This document shows positions 1-10,429 of a stretch of DNA of 64,000 nt, piece by piece. A model generated the notes under the pieces. The model was not told where the DNA came from, did no database searches, and was given only the letters and a program-made list of their open reading frames with translations. Source of the DNA: Calditrichales bacterium. GTDB lineage: Bacteria > Calditrichota > Calditrichia > Calditrichales > J004. Location: positions 3,296,001 to 3,360,000 of the forward strand of contig OZ254086.1 in the NCBI GenBank assembly GCA_965267575.1. The letters are read 5' to 3'. The position numbers and the translations under genes were made by a program. How positions within the stretch are numbered: position 1 is the stretch's first letter; every line of letters starts with the position of its first letter.

Positions 1-1227
1 CACGCCAAGGCGGCCGGTGTTAAGATTGTTATCGCGATCAACAAAATAGATAAGCCCGGTGCCAATTCAGAGCGCATTCGTCAGCAACTTGCTGAAAGAA
101 ATGTGCTTGTGGAAGATTGGGGCGGCCAATATCAGTGCGCGGAAATTTCCGCAAAAACCGGTAAAGGTATTCCGGAGTTGCTGGAAAAAGTACTTCTCGA
201 ATCCGAGATGCTGGAGCTGAAAGCCAATCCCAGGCGTCCGGCAGGCGGGTTTGTGGTTGAGTCCCGGCTTGACCGCGGCAAAGGCCCGATTGCGACGGTG
301 CTTGTACAAAACGGAACACTGGAAGTGGGCGACAGCTTTATCGCCGGACAACATTACGGCCGCGTACGGGCATTGCTGAATGAGCGTGAGGAAGCGCTTG
401 AAAGTGTACGTCCCGGACAGCCGGCGCTTGTAACTGGTTTTATGGGTGTTCCACAGGCCGGCGACAAATTCCTGGTCAAAAAAGACGAACGCACGGTACG
501 CGAGATCAGCTCGCGGCGCCAGCAGCTTAAGCGTGAACAGGATGCACGCAAAGTCAAACAGAAAACGCTGGCTTCGATTTCAGAGAAAATCAAGGCAGGT
601 GAGGTACAGGAACTTAATATCCTGGTGAAGGCTGACGTGGACGGCTCTGCCGAGGCACTGGCTGATGCGTTGATTAAGCTGAATACTGAAGAAGTAGCTG
701 TGAACGTGGTGCGAAAAGCCGTAGGGCCTATTTCCGAAAGCGACGTTCTGCTTGCCGCAGCCTCCGAAGCCGTGATCATCGGTTTCCATGTACGCGCCAA
801 CCCCAAAGCCAAGGAGCTGGCGGAAAAAGAGGAAGTGGATATCCATAATTATCGTGTCGTATATGATGCGATCAACGATGTGAAAATGGCCCTGGAGGGG
901 CTGCTGTCGCCGCATGAAGAAGAGGTCATACTCGGTCAGCTTGAAGTGCGCGAAACATTCAAAATATCACGGGTGGGTACCATCGCCGGTTGCTACGTTA
1001 CAAACGGAAAAGTAAACCGCAACAACAAGGTACGCATCATTCGTGATGACGTGGAGATTTACAATGGTAACCTGGCATCGTTGAAGCGTTTCAAAGATGA
1101 TGTCAAAGAAGTTGCCTCCGGCTTCGAATGCGGTATTCAGATTGAAAACTATAATGATCTCAAGGTTGGCGATATCATAGAATCCTATGAAATAGCCAAA
1201 ACCAAGAGGACTCTGGAAACAGCGTGA
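1..1227 (+). CDS. infB: Translation initiation factor IF-2 (5'-truncated by window edge)
   Basis: Frame open from base 1 (HAKAAGVKIVIAINKIDKP...). IF-2 motifs ISAKTGKGI, KADVDGSAEAL, SLKRFKDDVKEV..GFECGI. Confidence 0.98.
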   Translation, partial: HAKAAGVKIVIAINKIDKPGANSERIRQQLAERNVLVEDWGGQYQCAEISAKTGKGIPELLEKVLLESEMLELKANPRRPAGGFVVESRLDRGKGPIATVLVQNGTLEVGDSFIAGQHYGRVRALLNEREEALESVRPGQPALVTGFMGVPQAGDKFLVKKDERTVREISSRRQQLKREQDARKVKQKTLASISEKIKAGEVQELNILVKADVDGSAEALADALIKLNTEEVAVNVVRKAVGPISESDVLLAAASEAVIIGFHVRANPKAKELAEKEEVDIHNYRVVYDAINDVKMALEGLLSPHEEEVILGQLEVRETFKISRVGTIAGCYVTNGKVNRNNKVRIIRDDVEIYNGNLASLKRFKDDVKEVASGFECGIQIENYNDLKVGDIIESYEIAKTKRTLETA

Positions 1228-1505
1228 TCGTAGGTGTCCTGAGCGTTGAACTTTTTATCCCCGCGTGTCAGTCTTTAAAAGAAAAGCGCATGGTTTTGCG
1301 CTCTATCAAAGACAGATCGCGCAAGAAATTCAACGTATCGGTTGCCGAAGTGGATTTCCAGGACAAATGGCAAAGGGCATTGCTGGCTTTTGCCGTGGTT
1401 TCGGGCTCAAGGGGGAAAGCTGAAGAGATGCTCACGAACATATTCCGTGTCCTGGATGAAGACTACAGCGTGGAAATAACGCGCTATGAATACGAATACA
1501 AGTAA
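1224..1505 (+). CDS. DUF503 (YlxP-like) protein
   Basis: SLKEKRMVLRSIKDR...FNVSVAEVDFQDKWQ; canonical position between infB and rbfA. Confidence 0.9.
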   Translation: MIVGVLSVELFIPACQSLKEKRMVLRSIKDRSRKKFNVSVAEVDFQDKWQRALLAFAVVSGSRGKAEEMLTNIFRVLDEDYSVEITRYEYEYK

Positions 1506-1513
1506 AGGAAAAA

Positions 1514-1882
1514 ATGGCAGCAACACGCCGCCGCGAGCGGGTAGCCGCTCTTCTAAAAAAAGAAATAAGCATCATTATCGACCAAAAGTTGAAAGATCCG
1601 GCCAAGGGTTTTCCGACGGTCAACAAAGTGCGCGTATCCCCGGATTTGCGCGTGGCCGATATCTATTATTCGGTCCTTGGTGATGATGAGCAGCGCGAAA
1701 AAACGCAGCAGGTTTTAAAACATTCAACCGGTTTTATAAAGAATGAATTAAAGCCCTTTTTAAAAACGCGGGTAATGCCCGATTTGCGTTTTCATTACGA
1801 CGACTCACTGGAATACGCTGATAAGATTAACAGGCTCTTTGACAAAATACATGACTCTGCCGATCCTGACTCGGAAAAGTGA
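1514..1882 (+). CDS. rbfA: Ribosome-binding factor A
   Basis: RRERVA, VSPDLRVA, PDLRFHYDDSLE motifs; synteny. Confidence 0.95.
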   Translation: MAATRRRERVAALLKKEISIIIDQKLKDPAKGFPTVNKVRVSPDLRVADIYYSVLGDDEQREKTQQVLKHSTGFIKNELKPFLKTRVMPDLRFHYDDSLEYADKINRLFDKIHDSADPDSEK

Positions 1883-2564
1883 ATTCGTTGACCGGTCGTC
1901 TGACGGCTTTATGCTGCTTATTGACAAACCTGCCGATTGGACATCATTTGATGTGTGCAATAAAATTCGGCGCATGGTTGGCGCAAAAAAAGTGGGGCAT
2001 GGCGGAACGCTGGATCCTTTTGCGACAGGGCTGCTTGTCCTGGGTATCGGGAAAGGGACAAAGCAGTTGCAGTCAATTGCCGGGCAGGAAAAGAGTTACG
2101 ACGCTACCATCCGTTTTGGGGTGGCCACGGATTCTTTTGACAGGACCGGGAACGTTGTTTTCGAAAAGGAAAATGACAAATGGCCAACCCGCGAAAAGGT
2201 TGAAGCGGCCCTGTCGGAGATGACAGGATCTTTAATGCAGATCCCGCCGATGTTCAGTGCGAAAAAGGTAGGCGGAAAAAGGCTGTACAAGTTGGCACGC
2301 CAAGGGCAGGAAATCGCAAGGGAAGCGGTTGCCATTGAGGTGTTCAGCGCGCGGTTGGAAGCATATGATGCGCCCCTTTTGCGGATAAAGCTTCGTGTTT
2401 CCAAGGGAACCTATATTCGTTCCTATGCCGTGGATCTGGCTGCCAAACTGGATGAAGCCGCGGTATTGGATGAATTGCGGCGTTTGTCCGTTGGGCCCTA
2501 CGATATAAGTGACGCATTTACAATCGAAGAATTTGAAGAGCGCTGGAAGGCAGTGGCGCACTAA
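1851..2564 (+). CDS. truB: tRNA pseudouridine(55) synthase (start uncertain, 1839-1911)
   Basis: IDKP..WTSFD, KVGHGGTLDPFATGLL, PPMFSAKK, SKGTYIRS. Confidence 0.95.
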   Translation: MTLPILTRKSEFVDRSSDGFMLLIDKPADWTSFDVCNKIRRMVGAKKVGHGGTLDPFATGLLVLGIGKGTKQLQSIAGQEKSYDATIRFGVATDSFDRTGNVVFEKENDKWPTREKVEAALSEMTGSLMQIPPMFSAKKVGGKRLYKLARQGQEIAREAVAIEVFSARLEAYDAPLLRIKLRVSKGTYIRSYAVDLAAKLDEAAVLDELRRLSVGPYDISDAFTIEEFEERWKAVAH

Positions 2565-3487
2565 TGGAAATATTGAACGACCCCGCAAAAGTGATAGACG
2601 GAAAAGGAAGTGCCGTAACTATCGGGACCTACGATGGTGTGCATCTGGGGCATAAGGCCATTATCGATCGTTTGAAAGCCGTGGCGGAGGTTAAGGGTTT
2701 GTCCAGCACGGTCATCACGTTTGAGCCGCATCCCAGGAACGTTCTGGCGGCCAAAGAAGATTTCAAAGTACCGCTACTTTCCGATGCGCAGGAAAAAGCG
2801 GAATTGCTGGAAGAGCAGGGTGTTGAACGACTGGTCATTATAACTTTTGATGAACGCTTCGCGGAGATAGATTATAAGACATTCTTATATGAAACTCTGC
2901 TGCAAAAATTGAAAATGGGAGCGTTGATTATTGGTTATAACCACACGTTTGGAAAAGATCGCAAAGGGAATTACGAAAGCTTGAAACCTTTCTCTGAAAA
3001 AGAAGACTTTTATCTCGAAAAGGTGGAACCGTTGTTTACTAAAGGCGAGAAGATAAGCAGCACGCAAACCCGCGTTTATCTGAACAACGGCGATGTCGAA
3101 AACGCTGCCAAAATGCTGGGACGCCGCTATTCGCTGCGTGGTACCGTTGTTAAAGGTGACGGACGCGGCAAAGAGCTTTCTTTTCCCACCGCCAATATTT
3201 CCATTTCCAACAGAGAAAAACTGGTGCCGGCACACGGCGTATATGCCGTTGATGTGGATGTGGATACGGAGCAGTTTAAGGGGATGATGAATATAGGCGA
3301 AAGGCCGACATTTAAGGATAGCATGCCGGCCCTTGAAACTCATATTTTCGGCCTGGATCATGATATTTATGAAAAAACGATTCGTGTATATTTTAAAAAA
3401 CGCCTGCGCGATGAAAAGAAATTTGATTCGCCTGAGGCATTGAAAAAGCAATTAAAAAAAGACAAAGAAAAAAGTTTAAGCCTTTAA
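2564..3487 (+). CDS. ribF: Bifunctional riboflavin kinase/FAD synthetase
   Basis: [43 protein letters not shown]. Confidence 0.97.
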   Translation: MEILNDPAKVIDGKGSAVTIGTYDGVHLGHKAIIDRLKAVAEVKGLSSTVITFEPHPRNVLAAKEDFKVPLLSDAQEKAELLEEQGVERLVIITFDERFAEIDYKTFLYETLLQKLKMGALIIGYNHTFGKDRKGNYESLKPFSEKEDFYLEKVEPLFTKGEKISSTQTRVYLNNGDVENAAKMLGRRYSLRGTVVKGDGRGKELSFPTANISISNREKLVPAHGVYAVDVDVDTEQFKGMMNIGERPTFKDSMPALETHIFGLDHDIYEKTIRVYFKKRLRDEKKFDSPEALKKQLKKDKEKSLSL

Positions 3488-3501
3488 TACCTGGAGGAAA
3501 A

Positions 3502-3771
3502 ATGGCCTTAACACTCGAAGAAAAACAGAATCTCATTAAGAAGCACGGTGAGAACGAAAAAGACTCCGGAAAAGCGGAAGTACAGATTGCTATTCTTTCG
3601 GAGCGCATTAATTACCTCACCGAGCATCTGAAGACACACAAAAAAGACCATCACAGTCGTCGTGGTCTGTTAAAGCTGGTTGGTCAACGTCGTCGTATGT
3701 TGAATTACCTTATGAAAAAAGACATCGAGCGTTACCGCGCTTTAATTAAAGAACTGGGTATCCGTCGATAG
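3502..3771 (+). CDS. rpsO: 30S ribosomal protein S15
   Basis: [50 protein letters not shown]. Confidence 0.99.
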   Translation: MALTLEEKQNLIKKHGENEKDSGKAEVQIAILSERINYLTEHLKTHKKDHHSRRGLLKLVGQRRRMLNYLMKKDIERYRALIKELGIRR

Positions 3772-3795
3772 AAACGGATATATTGGAGGAACAAA

Positions 3796-5892
3796 GTGAT
3801 CGTAAGAAAAACAATAGAAATCAACGGAAAAACCCTGATACTGGAAACAGGCAAGATGGCCAAGCAGGCCAACGGCGCTGTTCTGGTTACCTATGGTGAT
3901 ACCAGCGTTTTGGTAACGGCGGTGGCAGCGGAAGAGCGCAACGAGAACGTGGATTTCTTTCCGCTGACCGTCGAATACAGGGAAAAGTTTTATTCCACGG
4001 GACGCATCCCCGGCGGCTTCATCAAGCGTGAAGGCAGGCCTTCGGAGAAGGAGATACTTTCCGCGCGCCTGATTGACCGGCCGATTCGTCCGTTATTTCC
4101 GGATGATTTCCAAAATGAAACACAGATCATCGCCAATGTGCTATCGATGGACCGAGAGCATGATGCCGATGTGCTGGCCGGGTTAGGTTCTTCAGCCGCG
4201 CTGGGTTTATCTGATATCCCGTTTGATGGCATAATCGCTACCGTGCGCATTGCCCGCGTAAACGGCGAATTGATCGTTTATCCCACCCTTTCCCAGGTAG
4301 AACAATCCGACATCGAGCTTGTTGTTGCCGGCTCTGAGGAATCTATCATGATGGTAGAGGGACAGGCTAATCAGGTTCCCGAATCAGACCTGCTGAATGT
4401 AATCAACACCGCGCACGATTCAATTAAGAAACTTTGCGCATTGCAAAAAGAGCTTTTCGAAGGCGTTGCCCAGCAAAAGCGTGAGGTGATTGCCAAAGAG
4501 GTCCCTGAAGGCCTGAGCGAAAAGGTTGCCTCAATCGTGACGGATGGTATTCTTCAGGGTATTCGCATCCAGGAGAAAAAAAGCCGCCGCAAAGCGATAA
4601 AGGAAACGGTTAATAAAGCGATTGAAGAGCTGCAGGAAGAGTTTCCCGAAAGCGAAAAAATGATAAAGAGCATCTGCGGAAAGATCGAAAAAGAAGCTGT
4701 ACGCAAGATGGTCCTGGACGAATCGGTACGCCTCGATGGGCGCGGTTTGGATGAAATTCGTCCCATCTCTTGTGAAATAGGGATAATGCCGCGCACACAC
4801 GGCTCCGCGCTTTTTACACGCGGCCAGACACAATCGCTGGGAATTATAACGCTTGGTAGCAAAGGCGATGAGCAGATTGTAGACAGCATTGAAGGTGAAT
4901 CCAAAAAGAACTATATGCTGCACTACAACTTCCCGCCTTTCTCTACGGGAGAAGCCAAGCCTATCCGCGGGGTAAGTCGCCGCGAGGTGGGACACGGCAA
5001 TCTCGCGGAACGCGCTTTAAAGCCTGTTATCCCTGAAGAATCTTTCCCTTATACCATCCGCATTGTTTCGGAAATCCTTGAATCCAACGGGTCGTCATCA
5101 ATGGCCACTGTTTGTTCAGGTTCTCTGGCGCTGATGGATGCCGGTGTGCCGGTTACCGGAGCAGTAGCCGGTATTGCCATGGGGCTGATCAAAGATGATG
5201 ATAAAGTGGCTGTTCTGTCCGATATCCTTGGTGATGAAGATGCCCTGGGTGATATGGACTTTAAAGTCGCCGGAACGAAAAACGGCATTACCGCCGTGCA
5301 GATGGATATCAAAATCAGTGGTATTTCGAGCGAGCTCATGGAACGTGCGCTAAACCAGGCACGCGAAGGACGCCTGCACATAATGTCAGAAATGGACAAG
5401 GCCATCGCCGAAGCGCGCGCCGAGATGAGCCCGTATGCGCCGAAGATCTTCGATTTCAAGATCCCGGTTGATAAAATCGGTACGGTTATCGGACCGGGCG
5501 GTAAAACGATCCGCGGCATCATTGAGCAAACCGACGTTGAAATCAACATTGAAGAGGACGGCACCGTTGTGATCGCTTCTTCGGATTCTGCGGCGGCTGA
5601 AAAGGCCCGCGGCATTATCGAGCGCCTTGTGGAAGAGCCGGTAGTCGGCAAAGCCTATAAGGGCAAGGTAAAAAGAATTCGTGATTTTGGCGCTTTTGTT
5701 GAATTTCTGCCGGGCAAGGACGGTATGGTACATATCTCCGAGCTGGATACGAATCGCACGGCCAAGGTAACGGATATCGTTAAAGAAGGTGACGATATTG
5801 ATGTGGTTGTTAAAAGCATCGCGCCCGATGGCAAGATCGCTTTGAGCCGCAAAATGTACCTGTTGCAACAACAAGAAAAAGAAAATAAATAA
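3796..5892 (+). CDS. pnp: Polyribonucleotide nucleotidyltransferase
   Basis: RIPGGFIKREGRP, HGSALFTRGQTQ, ESNGSSSMA, GDMDFKVAG; KH and S1 domains. Confidence 0.99.
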   Translation: MIVRKTIEINGKTLILETGKMAKQANGAVLVTYGDTSVLVTAVAAEERNENVDFFPLTVEYREKFYSTGRIPGGFIKREGRPSEKEILSARLIDRPIRPLFPDDFQNETQIIANVLSMDREHDADVLAGLGSSAALGLSDIPFDGIIATVRIARVNGELIVYPTLSQVEQSDIELVVAGSEESIMMVEGQANQVPESDLLNVINTAHDSIKKLCALQKELFEGVAQQKREVIAKEVPEGLSEKVASIVTDGILQGIRIQEKKSRRKAIKETVNKAIEELQEEFPESEKMIKSICGKIEKEAVRKMVLDESVRLDGRGLDEIRPISCEIGIMPRTHGSALFTRGQTQSLGIITLGSKGDEQIVDSIEGESKKNYMLHYNFPPFSTGEAKPIRGVSRREVGHGNLAERALKPVIPEESFPYTIRIVSEILESNGSSSMATVCSGSLALMDAGVPVTGAVAGIAMGLIKDDDKVAVLSDILGDEDALGDMDFKVAGTKNGITAVQMDIKISGISSELMERALNQAREGRLHIMSEMDKAIAEARAEMSPYAPKIFDFKIPVDKIGTVIGPGGKTIRGIIEQTDVEINIEEDGTVVIASSDSAAAEKARGIIERLVEEPVVGKAYKGKVKRIRDFGAFVEFLPGKDGMVHISELDTNRTAKVTDIVKEGDDIDVVVKSIAPDGKIALSRKMYLLQQQEKENK

Positions 5893-7146
5893 ATGACACA
5901 AACGGCTGGCTCAAATTCCACCGTTAATAAAACGGTTCTTGAGAATGGCCTGACAGTAATTAGTGAAAAAATCCCCGCCTACCGCTCCATAGCAGTAGGC
6001 GTTTGGGTTAAAAGCGGCAGCCGCTCCGAATCGGAGCGGGAGAAGGGCATCGCGCATTTTATTGAACACATGGTGTTTCGCGGGACCAAAAAGCGCAGTG
6101 CCCTGACCATTGCCCGCAGCCTCGAAGAGCTGGGAGGAAATCTTAACGCCTTTACAGCCAAAGAGGAGACCTGCTTCTACGTCCACACGCTCGATTCCCA
6201 CCTGCGTATCAGCATCAATGTCCTGGCGGACATGGTCTGCAATCCGTTGTTTCGCGAAAAAGATATCCTTAAGGAAAAGCAGGTTGTTCTTGAAGAGATC
6301 AATGCCGTAAAGGATACGCCGGAAGAGTATGTTTTTGACCTTTTTCAGGAGCAGCTTTTCCCACGGCAAGGGCTTGGCTATCCGATTCTCGGCGAAGCGG
6401 AAACTATCCGGCAGTTTGACCAGGAGACGCTGCGTGCTTACTGGCAAAAATATTTTCAGCCGCAAAATCTGATCGTGGCTGCCGCCGGCAATGTTACGCA
6501 TGAGACGCTTGTAAAAATGGTAAGCAGGCATTTTTCGTTTCCGGCCACAGATAAAGAAGCGGCAATGCCGGAAGCGGCGCGGGCCGCAAAAAACGTGCAT
6601 TTCAACCTTCCACAGGCTCTAAACCAAACACATATTTGTATGGGCACTGAAGTCGCCTCTTACCGCGATCCGCGGCGTTTTGATTTGGTGGCGATCAACA
6701 CCTACCTTGGCGGTGGCATGAGCTCACGGCTTTTTCAGGCAATCCGCGAAAAGCAGGGCCTGGCCTATACGGTTTATTCATTTCTTGATTTTTACCGTGA
6801 TACGGGCGTGCTTGGTTTTTATCTCGGCACGGACACGCGCAACGAAGCAAAAGCCCGTTCAAGGCTGGTTGATGAACTTAAGCGTCTTTTGGACAAACGT
6901 TTATCTGAAAAAACTGTGGCTAAAATCAAAGAGCAGATAAAAGGCGCTACTATTTTGTCTTTGGAAAGCAGCTTAAGGCGCATGACGCGTCTTGCAAAAA
7001 ATGAAATAAATTTCGGGCGTTTTATCTCTCTGGATGAAATGATGCAATCCATGGACGCCATTAATCCGGATTCCATGTTCTCAGCCGCCCGTGATTTTGT
7101 GAAAACCGATGATCTTTCTTCTGTCATACTCAGCCCGGCGGGATAA
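5893..7146 (+). CDS. M16 family (pitrilysin) zinc peptidase
   Basis: Inverted zinc motif HFIEH, NAFT, GGGMSSRLFQAIRE; commonly follows pnp. Confidence 0.93.
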   Translation: MTQTAGSNSTVNKTVLENGLTVISEKIPAYRSIAVGVWVKSGSRSESEREKGIAHFIEHMVFRGTKKRSALTIARSLEELGGNLNAFTAKEETCFYVHTLDSHLRISINVLADMVCNPLFREKDILKEKQVVLEEINAVKDTPEEYVFDLFQEQLFPRQGLGYPILGEAETIRQFDQETLRAYWQKYFQPQNLIVAAAGNVTHETLVKMVSRHFSFPATDKEAAMPEAARAAKNVHFNLPQALNQTHICMGTEVASYRDPRRFDLVAINTYLGGGMSSRLFQAIREKQGLAYTVYSFLDFYRDTGVLGFYLGTDTRNEAKARSRLVDELKRLLDKRLSEKTVAKIKEQIKGATILSLESSLRRMTRLAKNEINFGRFISLDEMMQSMDAINPDSMFSAARDFVKTDDLSSVILSPAG

Positions 7147-8274
7147 ATGCTCAAGATTGGTGTACTAAAAGAAATCCGGAATTCGGAGGGACGCGTTGGC
7201 CTGAGTCCGGATGGCGTAAGAAAACTGACTGCCGACGGCATAAAGGTTTTTGTGGAAGGCAGTGCCGGAGAAAATTGCAATTTTAGTGATGACCATTACG
7301 AAGATGCCGGCGCCGAAATTGTTCCGACGCCGGAAAAACTTGTCGAAGAAACAAATCTTATTGTAAAAATTCAACCTCCCTCCCCGGTTGAATCAGAGTT
7401 GCTTACAGACCAGCACATTGTTTTTTCTTTTCTGAATCTTCCCCACAATAACGACCGCATTAAGGCGCACCTGGCAACCAACTCGGCTTATTTTGGTATG
7501 GAATACCTTGAAGACGCCGGCGGTAACCTGCCTGTAATGGAATCGATGAGTGAGATTGCCGGGCGCATGGCTATTCACATCGGCGCGTGGCTGATGAGTG
7601 TGCCCAATGGCGGAAAAGGCATTTTACTCTCCGGAACAGATACGGTGCAGCCGGCCAATATAACTATTTTAGGATCCGGTGTTGTAGGCCGCGTAGCCGC
7701 AATACAGGCCTGGACCAATGGAGCAAACGTAAATCTGGTATCAGTCAAAAAAGACCTTACGGAAGATAACAAGCTTATCCGTGACGGTCTGATGATTCAG
7801 CCGTACAGTGAGGACGCAATGGCCGAGCTGTTAAAGGAAACAGACATATTTATTGTCGCCCTTTATTCTATGGATCAGGAACATCGCTCCATTCGTATTT
7901 CAAAAAGCATGATTGCCGATATGGCACCGGGCAGCCTGGTCATGGACCTGTCGGTGGAGCAGAATACGGTCGTTGAAACCTCCCACGTGACCAGCCTGAG
8001 CCAGCCGGCGTATAGTGTGGATAAGGTTCTTCATTATTGTGTTCCTAATATCGCGGCTTCCGTACCTCTTACGGCCAGTAAGCTCTACTCGCGCAAAGTA
8101 GTTCCCTATGTAAAACTACTTGCTAAAAGCGGCCTGAAAACCACTCTTGATAAATCTCCCGAATTGCTTTCTGCACTGGCAGCTTACAAGGGCAAAGTAA
8201 CCAACCGCAAAGTGGCGGATCTGTATGGTTACAAATTTTACAATATCTTTGATCTGCTGGAGCATAATTTGTAG
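7147..8274 (+). CDS. Alanine dehydrogenase-like protein (catalytic residues diverged)
   Basis: KEIRNSEGRV, MSEIAGRMA, GSGVVG, HYCVPNI align with the AlaDH fold, but several catalytic positions differ (see findings). Confidence 0.8.
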   Translation: MLKIGVLKEIRNSEGRVGLSPDGVRKLTADGIKVFVEGSAGENCNFSDDHYEDAGAEIVPTPEKLVEETNLIVKIQPPSPVESELLTDQHIVFSFLNLPHNNDRIKAHLATNSAYFGMEYLEDAGGNLPVMESMSEIAGRMAIHIGAWLMSVPNGGKGILLSGTDTVQPANITILGSGVVGRVAAIQAWTNGANVNLVSVKKDLTEDNKLIRDGLMIQPYSEDAMAELLKETDIFIVALYSMDQEHRSIRISKSMIADMAPGSLVMDLSVEQNTVVETSHVTSLSQPAYSVDKVLHYCVPNIAASVPLTASKLYSRKVVPYVKLLAKSGLKTTLDKSPELLSALAAYKGKVTNRKVADLYGYKFYNIFDLLEHNL

Positions 8275-8276
8275 AG

Positions 8277-9077
8277 ATGCGGATGAAGCTACCGGTTATT
8301 CTTAACTACCACAAAATTGAACATACCTCGGATATTGGCATAACCGCCCGCCGCCCCGAAGATTTTCGAAACGATTTGCGTTTACTCCAAAAAAAAGGAT
8401 ATGAGACGTTTGATTTTTCCAGGCTGGCCGCAAAGGACCTGCCTGAAAACGGCCTGATCATTACATTCGATGACGCCTATCAATCCTTTTATACAAACGC
8501 TTTGCCATCTTTAAATGAGCTGGATATGAAGGCCGTCGTTTATGTTCCCACGGCCTATATCGGTCTCGATAACGATTGGGATGTTCAGGCCGGAACAAGA
8601 CGCTATCGTCATATGACGGAAGGCGAACTGCGTGAAATCGCGGCGGCCGGACATGAACTGGGCTCGCATGCGCATACGCACCGCTTTCTGAATGCGTTTA
8701 ATGACCGTGAGCTGGAGTGGGAATTACGGGAAAGCGCCGCCATCATAGAAGGCATCACGGGAGTGAAGCCCGTATCGATAAGCTATCCGTTTGGCAAGGC
8801 CAGCAGCAGGGTTGAGGAAATAGCCGCGCGCTTTTATCAATTTGGTGTAAAGACGCTGGTGCGACCGCACAACGGTGTGAGTGTTAATATGGCCTTGCCG
8901 CGTATCAACGTCTACAGGTTTGACAGCGCCGAAACAATAATGGCTAAACTCGATTTGGCGCGGCACAGGTGGCTCTATTTACGAGACCGGCTTATCGGGC
9001 TTGGCGCCTGGGCCACCATTGGTTTGCAATATGTAAAAAAAAGACAATCTAAAAAGATTTATGAGTTCACCGGTTAA
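8277..9077 (+). CDS. Polysaccharide deacetylase (CE4/NodB family)
   Basis: ILNYHKI, ITFDDAY, GSHAHTH, SYPFG motifs. Confidence 0.9.
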   Translation: MRMKLPVILNYHKIEHTSDIGITARRPEDFRNDLRLLQKKGYETFDFSRLAAKDLPENGLIITFDDAYQSFYTNALPSLNELDMKAVVYVPTAYIGLDNDWDVQAGTRRYRHMTEGELREIAAAGHELGSHAHTHRFLNAFNDRELEWELRESAAIIEGITGVKPVSISYPFGKASSRVEEIAARFYQFGVKTLVRPHNGVSVNMALPRINVYRFDSAETIMAKLDLARHRWLYLRDRLIGLGAWATIGLQYVKKRQSKKIYEFTG

Positions 9078-9447
9078 GCGCTGGCTGCCTTTTGCCGGCC
9101 TGATTACAATAGCATTTGTCTCTTTTGGTTTTTTGCTGTTTTCTGGCAGCGAAGACGCGTACAGGCCGCAAACGGACGACCCGGCCAGAATTTACCGTGA
9201 AGCCTGCCGGCACTGTCACGGTCCCCGCGGTGAGGGCACGGGTCTGCTATATCCGGCTTTTGATCATGCCGATATGGACATTGAAACAATCAAAAAAAAG
9301 ATAGCCGAAGGGGCGCTTTTAATGCCCGCTTTCATCCATATCCGTCAGGATACGCTTGAAATACTGGCACGTTATATAGAAGCAGAGGGCTATAAGGAGC
9401 CCGGTTATAAGAAAAATCCTTCAACAAAAAAACCAAATTTCGAATAG
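9061..9447 (+). CDS. Membrane-anchored monoheme c-type cytochrome
   Basis: N-terminal hydrophobic anchor, CRHCH heme motif, distal MPAF axial Met. Confidence 0.85.
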   Translation: MSSPVKRWLPFAGLITIAFVSFGFLLFSGSEDAYRPQTDDPARIYREACRHCHGPRGEGTGLLYPAFDHADMDIETIKKKIAEGALLMPAFIHIRQDTLEILARYIEAEGYKEPGYKKNPSTKKPNFE

Positions 9448-9535
9448 TTTTTTCGGTTTTCCGGATGATAGGTAAAAAAGAGAGCTGCCGGGTCGTAAAT
9501 AGAAAAAACAGTCAAGGACGTGGAGCGAAACAGCG

Positions 9536-10429
9536 ATGAGGATAGTAACACGAGGCGATTTCGACGGACTTATCTGTTCGGTCTTGTTAAGTGAAGTGCA
9601 TGATATAGAAGATTTTTTTCTGGCCTATCCCAAAGATATCAACGAAAATAATATTGAAATAAGGCGCGGGGATATTATCGCCAACCTGCCCCACCATCCC
9701 AATTGCTCCTTATGGTTTGATCACCATATCAATGAGGTGGAAGCAGCCAAGGGCCTCTCTTTTGAAGGGGCTTTTAAGGTAGCCGCCAGTTGTTCACGTG
9801 TTATATATGATTACTATAACGGTAAAAAGGACCTGTCCCGCTACGACAAACTTGTCTGGCTGGCCGATAAGATAGATACGGCCGATTTCTCAATCGAAGA
9901 TATAAAAAATCCTCACGGCTGGTTCATAATTGAGCGCACGCTGCACGCCTACGATCCGCATGGCCGGCTGGGTAACTTTAAGGATTACTTTGAAAATCTT
10001 GTGTACTGGATAAAAGAACATTCTTTAAGCGCCATCTTCCTCTCCGATGAAGTACAGAAACGGATTGAACATGTGCGCAGCGAACACATCCAGTTTCTTG
10101 ACGCCTTGCGTGAATGTTCGCATGTGGAAGACAATGTGATTATTACCGATTCCAGGAAACTGACCTATTTTCCAAACGGAAACCGCTTTTTGATCTACAC
10201 GATTTATCCGCGTCAGAATGTTTCTGTAAGCATTTTTAACAAACGCGGTACGGACCAGTCTGTCATCGTCTGCGGACATAATATTTTTAACCGTACCTGC
10301 AATAAGGATATCGGCCGGCTGATGGCGCGTTATGGCGGGAGCGGGCGTTTCTCCGCCGGCAGCTGCCGTGTGCCGCGTGAACAGGCTGACCGTATTATGG
10401 ATGAAGTTATCGAAGCGCTTAGAAACTGA
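9536..10429 (+). CDS. DHH-family phosphoesterase (exopolyphosphatase-like/nanoRNase-like)
   Basis: TRGDFDG, NLP, WFDHH, KIDTA motifs; C-terminal DHHA1-like region. Confidence 0.8.
   Translation: MRIVTRGDFDGLICSVLLSEVHDIEDFFLAYPKDINENNIEIRRGDIIANLPHHPNCSLWFDHHINEVEAAKGLSFEGAFKVAASCSRVIYDYYNGKKDLSRYDKLVWLADKIDTADFSIEDIKNPHGWFIIERTLHAYDPHGRLGNFKDYFENLVYWIKEHSLSAIFLSDEVQKRIEHVRSEHIQFLDALRECSHVEDNVIITDSRKLTYFPNGNRFLIYTIYPRQNVSVSIFNKRGTDQSVIVCGHNIFNRTCNKDIGRLMARYGGSGRFSAGSCRVPREQADRIMDEVIEALRN

Noticed and set aside
1879..2223. Alternative-frame ORF at the truB start suggesting a frameshift
   Set aside because: truB is intact in one frame with usable upstream ATGs; the overlapping ORF has no protein-like features.
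3488..3501. rpsO autoregulatory leader RNA
   Set aside because: Only 14 nt separate ribF and rpsO, and no structure was recognisable.
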